The translations under genes and the position numbers were made by a program. This document shows, one piece after another, positions 49,301-58,194 of a stretch of 64,000 bases of DNA (positions are counted from its first letter, which is position 1; every line of letters begins with the position of its first letter). Origin of the DNA: Podarcis liolepis (lineage: Eukaryota); assembly GCA_965112155.1 (NCBI GenBank), contig OZ218105.1; one strand, written 5' to 3'. Below the pieces are notes generated by a model. That model was not told the origin of the DNA. It ran no database searches and worked only from the letters and a program-made list of their open reading frames with translations.

Positions 49301-52300
49301 ATGATGATGATGATGATATTTTTAAAGGAGGGCTTTTTCTATAACTGCAAATATAAAGTGGGAGCCACTTTTTCCAGTTCGGGATATTGCGTTAGAACTT
49401 TCCTCTTCTGAAAATTGAATTTATCCGAATGCTCTCCCACGTTGTTTTAGAGCAAAACTGTATATTCAGATTGTGTGGTACGGAATTCCTGGAACTCTGT
49501 CATTCAGAATGAAGAGTGAAGAGATCCATGTCTGAATGATCCACCACAGGAAGAAAAGGTGTACAGTGGTGCCTTGCAAGACGAAAAGAATCCGTTCCGC
49601 GAGTCTCTTCGTCTTGCGGTTTTTTCGTCTTGCGAAGCAAGCCCATTAGCGGCTTAGCGGATTAGCGCTATTAGAGGCTTAGCGGGCTTAGCGGATCAGC
49701 TGATAAGCAGTTTAGCAGCTTGGGAAAGGGGGGGGAGGGAAAAAACCCCACAGGAACTCGCAAGACATTTTCGTCTTGTGAAGCAAGCCCATAGGGAATT
49801 CGTTTAGCGAAGCACTTCCAAAACGGAAAACCCTTTCGTCTAGCGGGTTTTCCGTCTTGCGGGGCATTCGTCTTGCGGGGCACCACTGTAGATTCATTGA
49901 ATTGTAGAGTTGGAAAGGAAGCTGAGGGTTATCTAATCCAACCCCCCTGTGATTCAGGAATTACAACTAAAGCATCTATGACAGATGGCCATCCAGCCTC
50001 TGCTTAAAAACCTCCAAGGAAGGAGAGTCGAACTCCTCTCTTGGGAATCATTCCACTGTCAAACAGCTCTTAGTGTCAGGAAGTTCTTCCTTTCTTGTAA
50101 CCTGAATCCTTGGTTTGGGTCCTAGCCTCTAGAGGAGGAGAAAACAAGCTTGCTCTATGTTGCTCGGTCCCTGCTCGTGCCAACCTAACATGTCTGAAAG
50201 CACGTCAAAGTGCAAGTAGATAAATAGGTACCACTCCAGCAGGAAGGTAAACGGCATTTCCGTGCGCTGCTCTGGTTCACCAGAAGCAGCTTAGTCATTC
50301 TGGCCACATGACCCGGAAGCTGTACACCGGCTCCCTCGGACAATAAAGCAAGATGAGCACCGCAACCCCAGAGTCGGTCACGACTGGACCTAATGGTCAG
50401 GGGTCCCTTTACCTTTACCTTTTATTGTCAGATGGCTTAGGTGGTTGCTCATGAGTAACCAGGCAGGACTCCGACCTGTCTTTTACAGGTTTTATTTAGG
50501 TGCGAAACTATTTACATTGCAGAACTCCGAAGTTCATGTCTGCCTCAATCACTAGCAGAATCCGGGAGTGCTTGTTTCCTGGACCTCCCCCAGCATAAAA
50601 GTCTCGTTACGCCCAGCTTTTCCCTTCCCTCTTTGCACTTTAGACTTCTGTGCAGGGTGGGCAACGGAATGGGCGTGCTTCCCTCCTGGCCAGCTTTGCC
50701 AGGAGCGTTGTTGAGGCTCCTGCCAGCATCCTCTGGTCCTTTCACTTCTTCCTCATCACCGGAAGAAGAACTGCTTCGCAAGATTGTCGGAGGCTCCCTG
50801 TAACACAACTGCCCCTCTGTTTCCCGCCCCTGTTCTGATGGCAGTTCCCTGACAGCTATCATATCTCCTCTCAATCTCCTCTTTACCAGGCTAAAGACAT
50901 CACATATCAGGGATAGGTTTTTAGCATTTATCTTCTGTTAGTGGATTGGCAGGAAATTACAAACTGCCTGGTTTGTCCTCCTCAACACTCCTGTAAGAAA
51001 AAAAGAGAGAAGGTTGTCTACAATTTCAGCCTTGGTTGTTTTCCTCCCATGTTTAGATTAAAGCCAGAGAAGCTTGAAAGAGAGCTTGATGCATATTCAG
51101 GAAATACCAAGAGAATGAAAGACAAAAGGGTCAGTCTCAAGGAGTTTGCGGAATACCTAGAAGTGCCGGTTTCTGACACATTAGAAAACATGTTTGCACT
51201 TTTTGATGAGGTAAGAAAGATGACAGTCTTGACATTTCTAAATAACCACTTTTATTATTTGAATTAAGGCCTTGGGCGTTCTTTTGCTAGGAATGCAGTT
51301 TTCATTTGTGAGTATGGTTAATATAGCTGTAACATAGAAAGTACCCGTTTATGTTATGAACAATAGTTTCGGAAAAGTGATTACTAAATTCAGAAGGTCT
51401 TGTGTGCATGCCTTTTGCCTGCTGTGCGAACATTAGTAGTCTGAAATTACGCATCCTATTGGCTGCTGATCATAATTTTTACCATGGAGAAATGTAGCAC
51501 AAGGGATGCATGGCGACTATGACTTATTTTACAAATTAGACTACAGCTTTCTATATACATACACATATATAGCAAGCATAATGTAGTGTTGCATCAAAGA
51601 GAGGATACCAAAATGGCAATTGAATTAGTTCTTATCAATGAACTACCCTGTCCTTCTTCAGACCTCTGCAGTTTGAAGGAGAGAAGGCGTGGCATATGAA
51701 AAGCTCTCTATAAACATCCACATACGAGAACTATTTGAAAGCCCACAAGGGGCTGTTTGAAAGCCTTGTGGTTCTTTTTGAAATTTTGACAACCAAGGGC
51801 TCAAAGGATTACATTAACAGATAGCACTATGATGCCAAGTGATTGGCAGGTGGGCACTCTGCCCACCAGGGGTTGGGGAGAGAAAGATCTGGCCAGAAAG
51901 AGTTCCTTGCTGTAAAACAACTGAGAAATATAAGACGTTTCAAAAGTTCAGAGGAGTTAGTCCCTTAGTTAATTGCAGACAAGCTGGTATTTTAACACTA
52001 GTTTCTTTGTTTAGAAATCTTTGTGCTGAAACTTCCATGTGAGCTCTTTTTATGTGTACTTTTCAGAATTTTATTTTCTTCAGTGGGTATTTTCTATGAA
52101 ACTGGTAATACAGTTTTGTTTCTTTTTTTACAGAAGGAAGGGGGTCTGATTGACTTAAGAGAATATGTAATCGCTTTGTCAGTAGTCTGTCGGCCATCCA
52201 AAACCTTGCAAACGATACAGCTGGCTTTTAAGGCAAGTAGCAGCTTTTATTAAGACGGTTTGTTGAAAGCCATTTTTAAAAACAAAGCCCTTTTCCCCCT

Positions 52301-54743
52301 TTTCCTTTTTTGCCGGGGCAAAACAGGTCAATTCATTACATTGACCACAACTTCTCTGCATCCCTGGTCATTACTGGCTTTATACAAGCTCTGTACAGTG
52401 GTCAGCATCTAACAGTAGCCATATTCACTCACATGCATTTTGACCCGCAAAACACAGCAGCAATCTGTTGTGCCCTGTGTTATTGTTTTTCTAAATCGGC
52501 AAGCAGGAGCACGAGACTGTGCAAATTGCTGCCTACACAGGCAAATGGGTAAGAAAAAAGTAGCTTGCATGCTCGTCACTTGATGAAAGCAGCATCAAGC
52601 GACAACTTGTAAATGTGAGTGAGCCATCACATATACAACACCACAGAGACATCCTTTCTGGTAATTGTGTTTTATTGTACATTGATGCTTTATTTTATGA
52701 ACTGTGGCCAAAGAGGGGCTAACAAATGGGGGGGGGGGAGTGTCACTTGATGATACCTCAAACTTAATTTTTATCAGTAAAGTTAATTCATATAGTCATC
52801 TGTGAGTCATTGAACACCGAGAAATCAAGTGATGTAAGTGAAAGCCAAGGTTTGTGTGTACCTTTTGAAAACACTGGATTTCCTGAGCTCAGTATATCTG
52901 AAGACCACCTTTTCCTGCATGAGCAACCCCTTACCCTAAACACATCTGGGGTGATCCTGCTCTGGACGTGGCTAGGTCTTATTTTTATTTCAAAATATTT
53001 ATGACCTGCCTTTCTGTCCACCAGGACCACCAAAGCAGCTAGCAATACACAATACATTGCCTAACTAGCAAAATGAACAGTTCCCACAGAATAAAAGAGG
53101 CAGTAAAAAAAACAAAAAAAACTCAAGGGCATATGAGCTCGCCGATGCTCTCTTATCCCTCCAGCACCCAACTCTATTGTGGCATCACACCTGTGGATTG
53201 CATTTCCTTATGCTGGCCCACCAAATTACAGCCTCAGCAGAATTTAGGTGACAAATGAAGTCTCCTGTATCCGTTGCAGTGATGATGCATGATTAGTCAG
53301 TTTCCTGCAGCAGACCTTGAGAGAATGGGATTAACTGGCATTTAGTAACATGGTTGGCCTTTGTATTTTTATGTACTGTAATTCCTTATATTACCTTGAG
53401 TACTACTTTTAGTGGAGAGGCAGTTGCATGTTTGATGATGATGATGCTGCTGCTGATGATGATGATAATAATAAATTATTTCTACCCCACCACGCCCATC
53501 TGGCTGGGTGTCTCCAGCCACTCTGGGCGGCTTCCAACAAAGTATTAAAATACAGTGGTCTGTTAAACATTAAAAGCTTCCCTAAACAGGGCTGCCTTCA
53601 GATGTCTTCTAAAAGTCTGGTAGTTGTTCTTTTCTTTGACATCTGGTGGGAGGATGTTCCACAGGGCGGGTGCCACTACCGAGAAGGCCCTCTCCCTGGT
53701 TCCCTGTAACTTGGCTTCTCACAGTGAGGGAACTGCCAGAAGACCCTCAGCACTGGACCTCAGAACGATGGGGGTGGAGACGCTCCTTGATTTATCTAGA
53801 GGCCAATTCCCCACCTTTGCAATACCAGGAAGGCTGTTGTTGTTGCTATTATCATTATTCAGTTTACACCCCGTCCTTCCTCCCAAACGAGCACTACATT
53901 TGCACCACTCAAAACAGGTTACAGCAATTAAAATACTGCATCCACAAAAGTAATAATATTAAACAAAGCAATTTAAAAATAAAAACAGGAACAGCAGATA
54001 AAACCCCAAAGAGAGCTTACAATATAAAGCATCCTATGTTGGCAAGAAGGGGCTCCAAACAAACCTCAGAGGGCAAGGTATTCCACTAAGTGTGGCCCTT
54101 TTTCTCTTTCTTTATCTGTTTCTGAATAAACCAGAGGTAGGTCACAGTGAATGTCCTCTCTGCCAGATCTTAGACATTGGGCAGGCTGGTACAGGAATAG
54201 GCGGCCCCTAAGGTATCTAATAGGGACGCGGATGGCGCTGTGGTCTAAACCACAGAGCCTAGGACTTGCCGATCAGAAGGTCGGTGGTTCGAATCCCCAT
54301 GACGGGGTGAGCTCCCATTGCTCGGTCCCTGCTCCTGCCAACCTAGCAGTTCGAAAGCACGTCAAAAGTGCAAGTAGATAAATAGGTACCGCTCCAGCGG
54401 GAAGGTAAACGGCATTTCCATGTGCTGCTCTGTTTCGCCAGAAGCAACTTAGTCATGCTGGCCACATGACCCTGAAGCTGTACGCCTGCTCCCTCGGCCA
54501 ATAAAGCGAGATGAGCGCCGCAACCCCAGAGTCGGCCATGACTGGACCTAACATTCAGGGGTCCCTTTACCTTTAAGGTATCTAATAAATTGTATCAATA
54601 AATGTATTTGCTCTTGGGCTTCAGCAAAATTTGCAAACTCTAAATGGAAAATAAAAGGTGGCGTATCAATCAGCGTAGGGAAGTTGGAAGATTTATTTGG
54701 CTGGGAGGAAAGTGTCAAACAGAGGCCCTAGGAATGTCTTTCT

Positions 54744-54780
<37 letters not shown>

Positions 54781-56403
54781 AACAACAAATCATACGTTTT
54801 AATTTTTCACAGATGTACCAGTCAGAAACTGGAGCTCTAACAGAAGAAGATTTAACTTGCATTTTAAAGACTGCCATGGGGGTTTCAGATCTTAATGTGT
54901 CAAACCTTTTCAGAGCGATAGATGTCGACGAAAGGGGGGAAATTACATACGGTGAGTTCCGTGCTATGATTTTAGAAAGCCGCAGACAATGGGGAACTTT
55001 TGTGTGGCGGCCGGACATGTCCCACGGAAAAGAGCAGCTGCCTGGGGGCAAGTGTGACAGGTTCCTGGCCATTGTGTTGCATGGGAAGGGCTGTAGCTCA
55101 GAGTTTAAGTCCCAGCTTCAAACCCGAACATCTCCAGGTAGCGCTGGGAATGCCTCTGTCAGAAACCCTGAAAAGCCAGTCAGTACTAGATAGTCTGGCT
55201 CAATATGAAACAGCTTCCTGTGTTCATTAATGGGCTTCCTGGAATGTCTGTATATGGAGCATTATTATTTCTTGTTTATGTGCTATACCTTTTCCTCCAC
55301 CTTGTATGGTCACCCCTTTGATCCCTCCAGCAACCCTGAGAGATAGTGCATGGTCCAAAGTAATCCAGAGAGCTTCCAAGCCAAATGGAAATTTGAACTT
55401 GGATCAGTCCAGGCCTAGTGCAGCACACTAGCTAAAGGTAGCTAAAGGTTCCATTCTGTTCTATGATCAGTGACCTTATGCTGCAGTGTTGGGCACTGTG
55501 ATCTAAACCACTGAGCTTCTTGGGCTTGCCGATCAGAAGGTTGGCAGTTCAAATCTGTGTAACAGGGTGAGCTCCCATTGTTCTGTCCCAGCTCCTGCCA
55601 GTTTGAAAGCACACCAGTGCAAGTAGATAAATAGCTACAACTGTGGCAAGAAGGTAAACGGCGTTTCCTTGCTCTCTGGCTTCTGTCACGGTGTCCCATT
55701 GCACCAGAAGCAGTTTAGTCCTTCTGGCCACATGACCCGGAAAGCTGTCTGTGGACAAACGCCAGCTCCCTCAGCCTGAAAGTGAGATGAGCGCTGCAAC
55801 CCCATAGTCGGTTTTGACTGGACTTAACTGTGCAGGGGTCCTTTGCCTTTTACCTTTACCTATTGTAATAAACCGACCTGTCAAGAAAAGGCCAACGCAA
55901 ACAAACAAACCATTGCTTAAAGCTCGAGGTGGGGAGGGGAGGAACATATTAACGTGTAGTTCTGCAAATCATTTTGAGTTGTTAGCAAATGTTAGTGTTA
56001 CTCAGGGAAAACCCATTGAAACTAATGAAAATGACTATCCTGTGTCAGTGGGTCTACTCTAAATATAATTTAATTGGGTCCAACCCTTTGGAAAATGCTC
56101 TTAAAGTTTGGCATGGGAGACTTAGTAACTAGCAATCTACTTAGTACTTTTATTGTCTTGCAGTCTTTCTTGATTTTGTAAGTAAAATGTCAATTTTAAA
56201 CGCTTAAAATGTATGCTTGCTTTTATTAATTTCTAGAGGATTTCCACAAGTTTGCCGAAGTGTATCCAAACTTTGCTGAGGAGTATTTATATCCCGATCA
56301 AATGGAGACTGATAGCTGCCCTGCTCCTAACGGTTTCTGTACAGACTTCAGCCCAGAAACTACTGAAGACAGAAGAAATCACCTGCAGAAGAAACTGAAT
56401 TAA
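12270..56403 (+). CDS. LPCAT1: Lysophosphatidylcholine acyltransferase 1, 14 coding exons, 537 aa: join(12270..12434,30765..30907,33776..33990,37161..37273,39459..39519,42533..42591,43684..43718,44448..44502,46614..46696,48016..48141,51057..51210,52134..52232,54813..54951,56237..56403)
   Basis: Exons assembled by hand with consistent phases (sum 1614 nt). Acyltransferase motifs HSSYFD (HxxxxD), PVFVSR, IFPEGT and PVQP, an N-terminal membrane hairpin, two EF-hand-like segments and C-terminal KKLN. The peptide closely matches recalled vertebrate LPCAT1. Confidence 0.97.
13025..13773. mobile_element. Possible older TIR element hosting the family B MITE
   Basis: Imperfect inverted ends CAAAGGTGGATCTAGGGATCA / TGACCCCTAGGTACACCTCTG; no clear TSD. 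Confidence 0.4.
13429..13670. mobile_element. MITE family B
   Basis: Homologous to the 2977 copy; TIRs intact. Confidence 0.85.
14412..14590 (+). mobile_element. L2-type LINE 3' end with (TTG)n tail
   Basis: GGCTGGGGAAACCCAGCCAGATGGG terminal hairpin; homologous to the 46158 and 53455 copies. Confidence 0.75.
15385..16129 (+). mobile_element. Solo LTR (Gypsy/ERV-like) containing a long open frame
   Basis: TG...CA ends, 4-bp TSD ATGT, AATAAA at 16056-16061; GC- and purine-rich body with intact CpGs, suggesting a young insertion. Confidence 0.8.
18790..19804. mobile_element. MITE family A, long variant with an internal 99-bp tandem array
   Basis: Same TIRs, TA TSD; internal GC-rich hairpin repeats. 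Confidence 0.88.
19140..19535. repeat. 99-bp tandem repeat, about 4 units, each made of two hairpins
   Basis: gctttta(a/g)aatg recurs at 19240, 19339 and 19438; the overlapping ORFs show 33-aa periodicity. Confidence 0.9.
19974..20154. mobile_element. hAT-type MITE family C
   Basis: Same TIR, flanking duplication CAATAGT. Confidence 0.87.
20568..21260 (+). mobile_element. Probable internally deleted, non-autonomous RTE element
   Basis: 3' end (TTTGACTTCACCC...CCATTGTCTC..GAGACAGACGGATG) matches the reverse complement of ~10010-10070 but is joined to non-coding 5'UTR-like sequence; left boundary approximate. Confidence 0.55.
21975..22365 (+). mobile_element. Probable L1 3'UTR remnant
   Basis: Purine-rich, then a T-rich tract, AATAAA and an A tail; same layout as the 8450-8655 segment. 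Confidence 0.45.
22597..22732. mobile_element. hAT (Charlie-like) palindromic MITE
   Basis: TIR CAGGCATCCCCAACCT, 8-bp TSD GCTAAAAG. Confidence 0.88.
27845..27996 (+). mobile_element. CR1 LINE 3' end
   Basis: ...GGGGTTGGACTAGATGA...GGTCCCTTCCAACTCTATG terminus. Confidence 0.8.
30215..30463. mobile_element. hAT (Charlie-like) MITE
   Basis: Begins CAGGGGTCAGCAAACT and ends AGTTTGCCTACACATG; 8-bp TSD AACTAAAT. Confidence 0.85.
30765..30907 (+). CDS. LPCAT1: LPCAT1 exon 2 (IAFMTLTLFPIRLFF...LSWWRK), membrane segment
   Basis: ttttgcag acceptor, gtaagt donor, 143 nt. Confidence 0.96.
31795..32053. mobile_element. Tc2/pogo-like MITE family D
   Basis: TIR CCGTATTTTT(C/T)GCTCTATAAGAC, TA TSD, internal hairpin. 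Confidence 0.87.
32578..32943. mobile_element. Tc2/pogo-like MITE family D, variant interior
   Basis: Same termini and TA TSD, different middle. Confidence 0.85.
33335..33595. mobile_element. Tc2/pogo-like MITE family D
   Basis: Near-identical to the 31795 copy; right TSD reads TG. Confidence 0.87.
33776..33990 (+). CDS. LPCAT1: LPCAT1 exon 3 (FVDVMLKAIMR...APHSSYFD...IPVWG), catalytic motif I
   Basis: ttttcag acceptor, gtaagt donor, 215 nt, HxxxxD motif. Confidence 0.97.
37161..37273 (+). CDS. LPCAT1: LPCAT1 exon 4 (LIKYIRPVFVSRSDQDSRRKTVEEIRRRAQSNGKWPQ)
   Basis: ctttccag acceptor, gtactg donor, 113 nt. Confidence 0.96.
37652..37898 (-). mobile_element. Short solo LTR (Copia-like by size and TSD)
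   Basis: TGTTA...TAACA ends, 5-bp TSD CATGA; minus-strand octamer, TATA and AATAAA in promoter order. Confidence 0.85.
39459..39519 (+). CDS. LPCAT1: LPCAT1 exon 5 (IMIFPEGTCTNRSCLITFKP)
   Basis: ttttaag acceptor, gtaggt donor, 61 nt, FPEGT motif. Confidence 0.96.
40965..41200. mobile_element. MITE family B, right TIR degenerate
   Basis: Homologous to the 2977 and 13429 copies. Confidence 0.8.
42533..42591 (+). CDS. LPCAT1: LPCAT1 exon 6 (GAFIPGVPVQPVILRYPNKL)
   Basis: cttgtag acceptor, gtaagc donor, 59 nt. Confidence 0.95.
42627..42976 (-). mobile_element. Sauria SINE
   Basis: Reverse-complement copy, TSD TATGCCAAATACATA. Confidence 0.9.
43684..43718 (+). CDS. LPCAT1: LPCAT1 exon 7 (DTITWTWQGPGA)
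   Basis: gcatag acceptor, gtaagt donor, 35 nt. Confidence 0.94.
44448..44502 (+). CDS. LPCAT1: LPCAT1 exon 8 (LKILWLTLCQFHNFVEIE)
   Basis: ctttcag acceptor, gttagt donor, 55 nt. Confidence 0.95.
44817..45257 (-). mobile_element. Second copy of the short solo LTR, interrupted by CR1
   Basis: Homologous to 37652-37898; TSD GTGCC/GCACC. Confidence 0.85.
44860..45049 (-). mobile_element. CR1 LINE 3' end inserted in a solo LTR
   Basis: (ATAGAATC)n tail, i.e. (GATTCTAT)n on the minus strand. Confidence 0.88.
45350..45900 (+). mobile_element. Old L2 LINE fragment
   Basis: LDYCN.L.VGL..LVQKLQLVQNAAARLL, typical of L2 ORF2; boundaries approximate. Confidence 0.75.
46158..46333 (+). mobile_element. 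L2-type LINE 3' end with (TTA)n microsatellite tail
   Basis: Same terminal hairpin; long ATT repeat at ~46281-46333. Confidence 0.75.
46614..46696 (+). CDS. LPCAT1: LPCAT1 exon 9 (FLPVYIPSEEEKRNPSLYANNVRRIMAQ)
   Basis: ctttcag acceptor, gtaagt donor, 83 nt. Confidence 0.96.
47432..47664. mobile_element. Penelope-like element remnant (inverted pseudo-LTR)
   Basis: Head-to-head inverted duplication; flanking duplication (ACTG)AACATTTTAA; hammerhead cores. Confidence 0.8.
47594..47634 (+). ncRNA. Minimal type I hammerhead ribozyme motif (mirror copy on the minus strand at ~47525-47565)
   Basis: CTGAAGA at 47599-47605, stem II GTGTGC/GCACAC, GAAA at 47621-47624, then GCTC; stem I GGTAT/ACACC has one mismatch. 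Confidence 0.65.
48016..48141 (+). CDS. LPCAT1: LPCAT1 exon 10 (ALGVPVTDYTFEDCQLALAEGQLRLPSDTCLLEFAKLVRSLG)
   Basis: atcaag acceptor, gtgagc donor, 126 nt. Confidence 0.96.
48210..48562 (+). mobile_element. Sauria SINE
   Basis: Full length, TSD TAACTTTATAAA. Confidence 0.9.
49564..49888. mobile_element. MITE family A
   Basis: Same TIRs, TA TSD. Confidence 0.88.
49891..50155 (-). mobile_element. CR1 LINE 3' fragment (resumes at ~50855-50900 after the nested SINE and LTR)
   Basis: Homologous to the 44860 copy. Confidence 0.78.
50159..50421 (+). mobile_element. Sauria SINE, 5'-truncated
   Basis: Homology to the other copies, ACCTTT tail. Confidence 0.87.
50426..50854 (-). mobile_element. Solo LTR (Gypsy-like)
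   Basis: TGTCAG...CTGACA inverted termini, minus-strand AATAAA at 50491-50496; TSD imperfect. Confidence 0.75.
51057..51210 (+). CDS. LPCAT1: LPCAT1 exon 11 (LKPEKLERELD...LENMFALFDE)
   Basis: gtttag acceptor, gtaaga donor, 154 nt. Confidence 0.95.
52134..52232 (+). CDS. LPCAT1: LPCAT1 exon 12 (KEGGLIDLREYVIALSVVCRPSKTLQTIQLAFK)
   Basis: ttttacag acceptor, 99 nt, non-canonical donor AAG|gcaagt. Confidence 0.93.
53455..53790 (-). mobile_element. L2-type LINE 3' fragment
   Basis: Reverse homologue of the 14412 and 46158 copies. Confidence 0.75.
54223..54573 (+). mobile_element. Sauria SINE
   Basis: Full length, TSD TAAGGTATCTAATA. Confidence 0.9.
54747..54776 (+). repeat. (CTG)10 microsatellite
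   Basis: Read directly from the sequence. Confidence 0.95.
54813..54951 (+). CDS. LPCAT1: LPCAT1 exon 13 (MYQSETG...FRAIDVDERGEITY)
   Basis: ttcacag acceptor, gtgagt donor, 139 nt, EF-hand-like loop. Confidence 0.95.
55083..55226 (+). mobile_element. Squam2-like SINE remnant
   Basis: GGGAAGGGCTGTAGCTCAG head and CAGCTTCCT.TGTTC tail, with internal deletions. Confidence 0.5.
55491..55860 (+). mobile_element. Sauria SINE, older or divergent subfamily
   Basis: Homologous, with diagnostic internal insertions. Confidence 0.82.
56237..56403 (+). CDS. LPCAT1: LPCAT1 exon 14 coding part (EDFHKFAEVYP...NGFCTDFSPE...QKKLN*)
   Basis: ttctag acceptor; TAA at 56401-56403; KKXX ER-retrieval motif. Confidence 0.95.
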
Positions 56404-56518
56404 TGTTAACAATTCCAGCGTCCTCTTCTGGTGAGAGGAGCGTGTCCTGTCTTGGGCTCGTCATAGTCACACAACTATGTAATCTGAAGTATGTGAGGGG
56501 TGTGTAAGACAGAGAGGA

Positions 56519-56520
<2 letters not shown>

Positions 56521-56567
<47 letters not shown>

Positions 56568-56589
56568 TGAGAGATAGAGAGAGAGAGAG
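56521..56589 (+). repeat. (GT)n(GA)n compound microsatellite in the 3'UTR
   Basis: Read directly from the sequence. Confidence 0.95.
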
Positions 56590-57292
56590 AAGATTTTGCT
56601 GCATTAATGAGCATCTTCAGACTTCCTGTTTGGAAGATCTTGGTTTTTTCCATCAGCATCTTGGAAAGTAAAGAATGTAAATGAACTTTTAATTTGTGTA
56701 CTTAAAAAGAAGATGCTTGCATATTTATATTCCATTGTTTAGTTCCATGTACAAAGTGTCCTACAAAGTGTGCATGTGTAAAGAATACTGTAGCTCCTAT
56801 GGTGTTAAGTGCACTTCGGTGATTTAGTGTTATTCCTGTTTAGGGAATTGTTTGGGTTCAAGTTCCGCTTTCCTTCTTCATGTGAAGACACAACTATTTA
56901 CTGCTGACTGTGGTCACTGGTCTTCTGAACAAGGCTAGCTCAATTTAGCCCTTTTGTTTTCATTTCAGCAAACAGTTAAAGGAAGAAAAGTATGCAAAAA
57001 TATTTTTAACTAAGGAATTTTTAAAATTATTTTTCTTGTAAGAGGACTTTTTTGCCATTCAGTTCATGGTAGTATTAAAAATTGGAAGGGTGCGGTTGTT
57101 CCCTGGGTTGTGTGCATTCTGTGCTAAAAGCATGAAAACATCTGTACCAAGTAACATAAATTCAAAGAAAACTGAATTCCGAGGTTTATATAAACTAGAT
57201 AATCTTCCACATTATATATAGTTCTGCTTTTCCTGAATGTGGGCAATGACCAAAACAAGTAAATAAATGAGGCGGGTTTGAGAGAGACTGAG

Positions 57293-57495
57293 GCCCAGTG
57301 TGATGTAGTACTTGAGAGTGTTAGCCTAGCGCCAGGAAGACCTGAGTTTGAATCCTGGCTCAGTCACAAAGCTCACCAGTTTACCTAGGGCCAGTCACAC
57401 TCTCAGCCACACCCTGCCTCATAAGGTTGTTGTGAGAATGAAATGGACCGGAAGGAACCCTTGAGTTCCTTGGAAGAATGGTGGGGTACAAATTG
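57293..57495 (+). mobile_element. Old tRNA-derived SINE (Squam3/MIR-like) in the probable 3'UTR
   Basis: Degenerate box A/B (GAGTTTGAATCC) and CORE-like GGGCCAGTCAC...GTTGTTGTGAG. Confidence 0.55.
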
Positions 57496-58188
57496 CCCCT
57501 GACCTCTGGAAAGTCATATTATTCCTATTATAAAAAGCTGCTGAGATTTCATAGCCCAGATACTTTCACTTTTATCTTCACATCTTAAGGGCCAGAAATG
57601 TTCATTTTTTAAAAAATGAAAGCTAAAATTCTCAGGATGCTGAATACTGCCCTAAATTCAAATTTATTTAATTATTGGGTATGAACACAGAACACACACA
57701 GCCCTGGCCACATTCCTGCCTTTTCTGTTGTATTTCACTTAGGGTTTTCTAGCAGGGGATAATTAAACAAGGTATATTTTAAACAGCTTCAATGGATTTG
57801 GCTTTTTGCACAGAAACAACACAATGCATAATGGAGACTGAACAGGCATAAAATAAACCATTTTTAACACCAGAAAGCCATCAGTTCTTGTGAATTGCCC
57901 TTAGGCCTGTGGGCACAGGGAAGTATACAAATTTAATAAATAATAATAAAATAGTCCCTCATAATCACCCACAGATATCATAAGATTTGGTTGTACACAT
58001 TTTCAGAAAGAACGCTTGGTAACATCTGACTCCATTTTTTTTACTATCCCTGCCTTAGTGACTTTTTCATTGCAAGACGCTTTTCAAATCAATGTATTGC
58101 CTCAAATGGTCACAAAACCTCATTGTTCTAAAATGTGTTCTCCTACAGTCCACAGTTTTTCTACAGTTAAAAACTGGACATTAAAAAA

Positions 58189-58194
58189 AATAAA
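58189..58194 (+). terminator. Candidate polyadenylation signal for LPCAT1 (other AATAAA hexamers at ~57262, ~57853, ~57935)
   Basis: AATAAA hexamers 0.9-1.8 kb after the stop codon; the one actually used cannot be determined from sequence. Confidence 0.3.

Noticed and set aside
54744-55193. ORF with a poly-Leu 'signal peptide' before the EF-hand exon
   Set aside because: The poly-Leu is the intronic (CTG)10 read in frame; there is no ATG, and a good acceptor lies at 54812.
12270-56403. Paralog assignment to LPCAT2 or LPCAT4
   Set aside because: The N-terminus (MRL.G...SALQKA), the AIPVTMTM segment and the C-terminus (PNGFC.DFSPE...KKL) match recalled LPCAT1.
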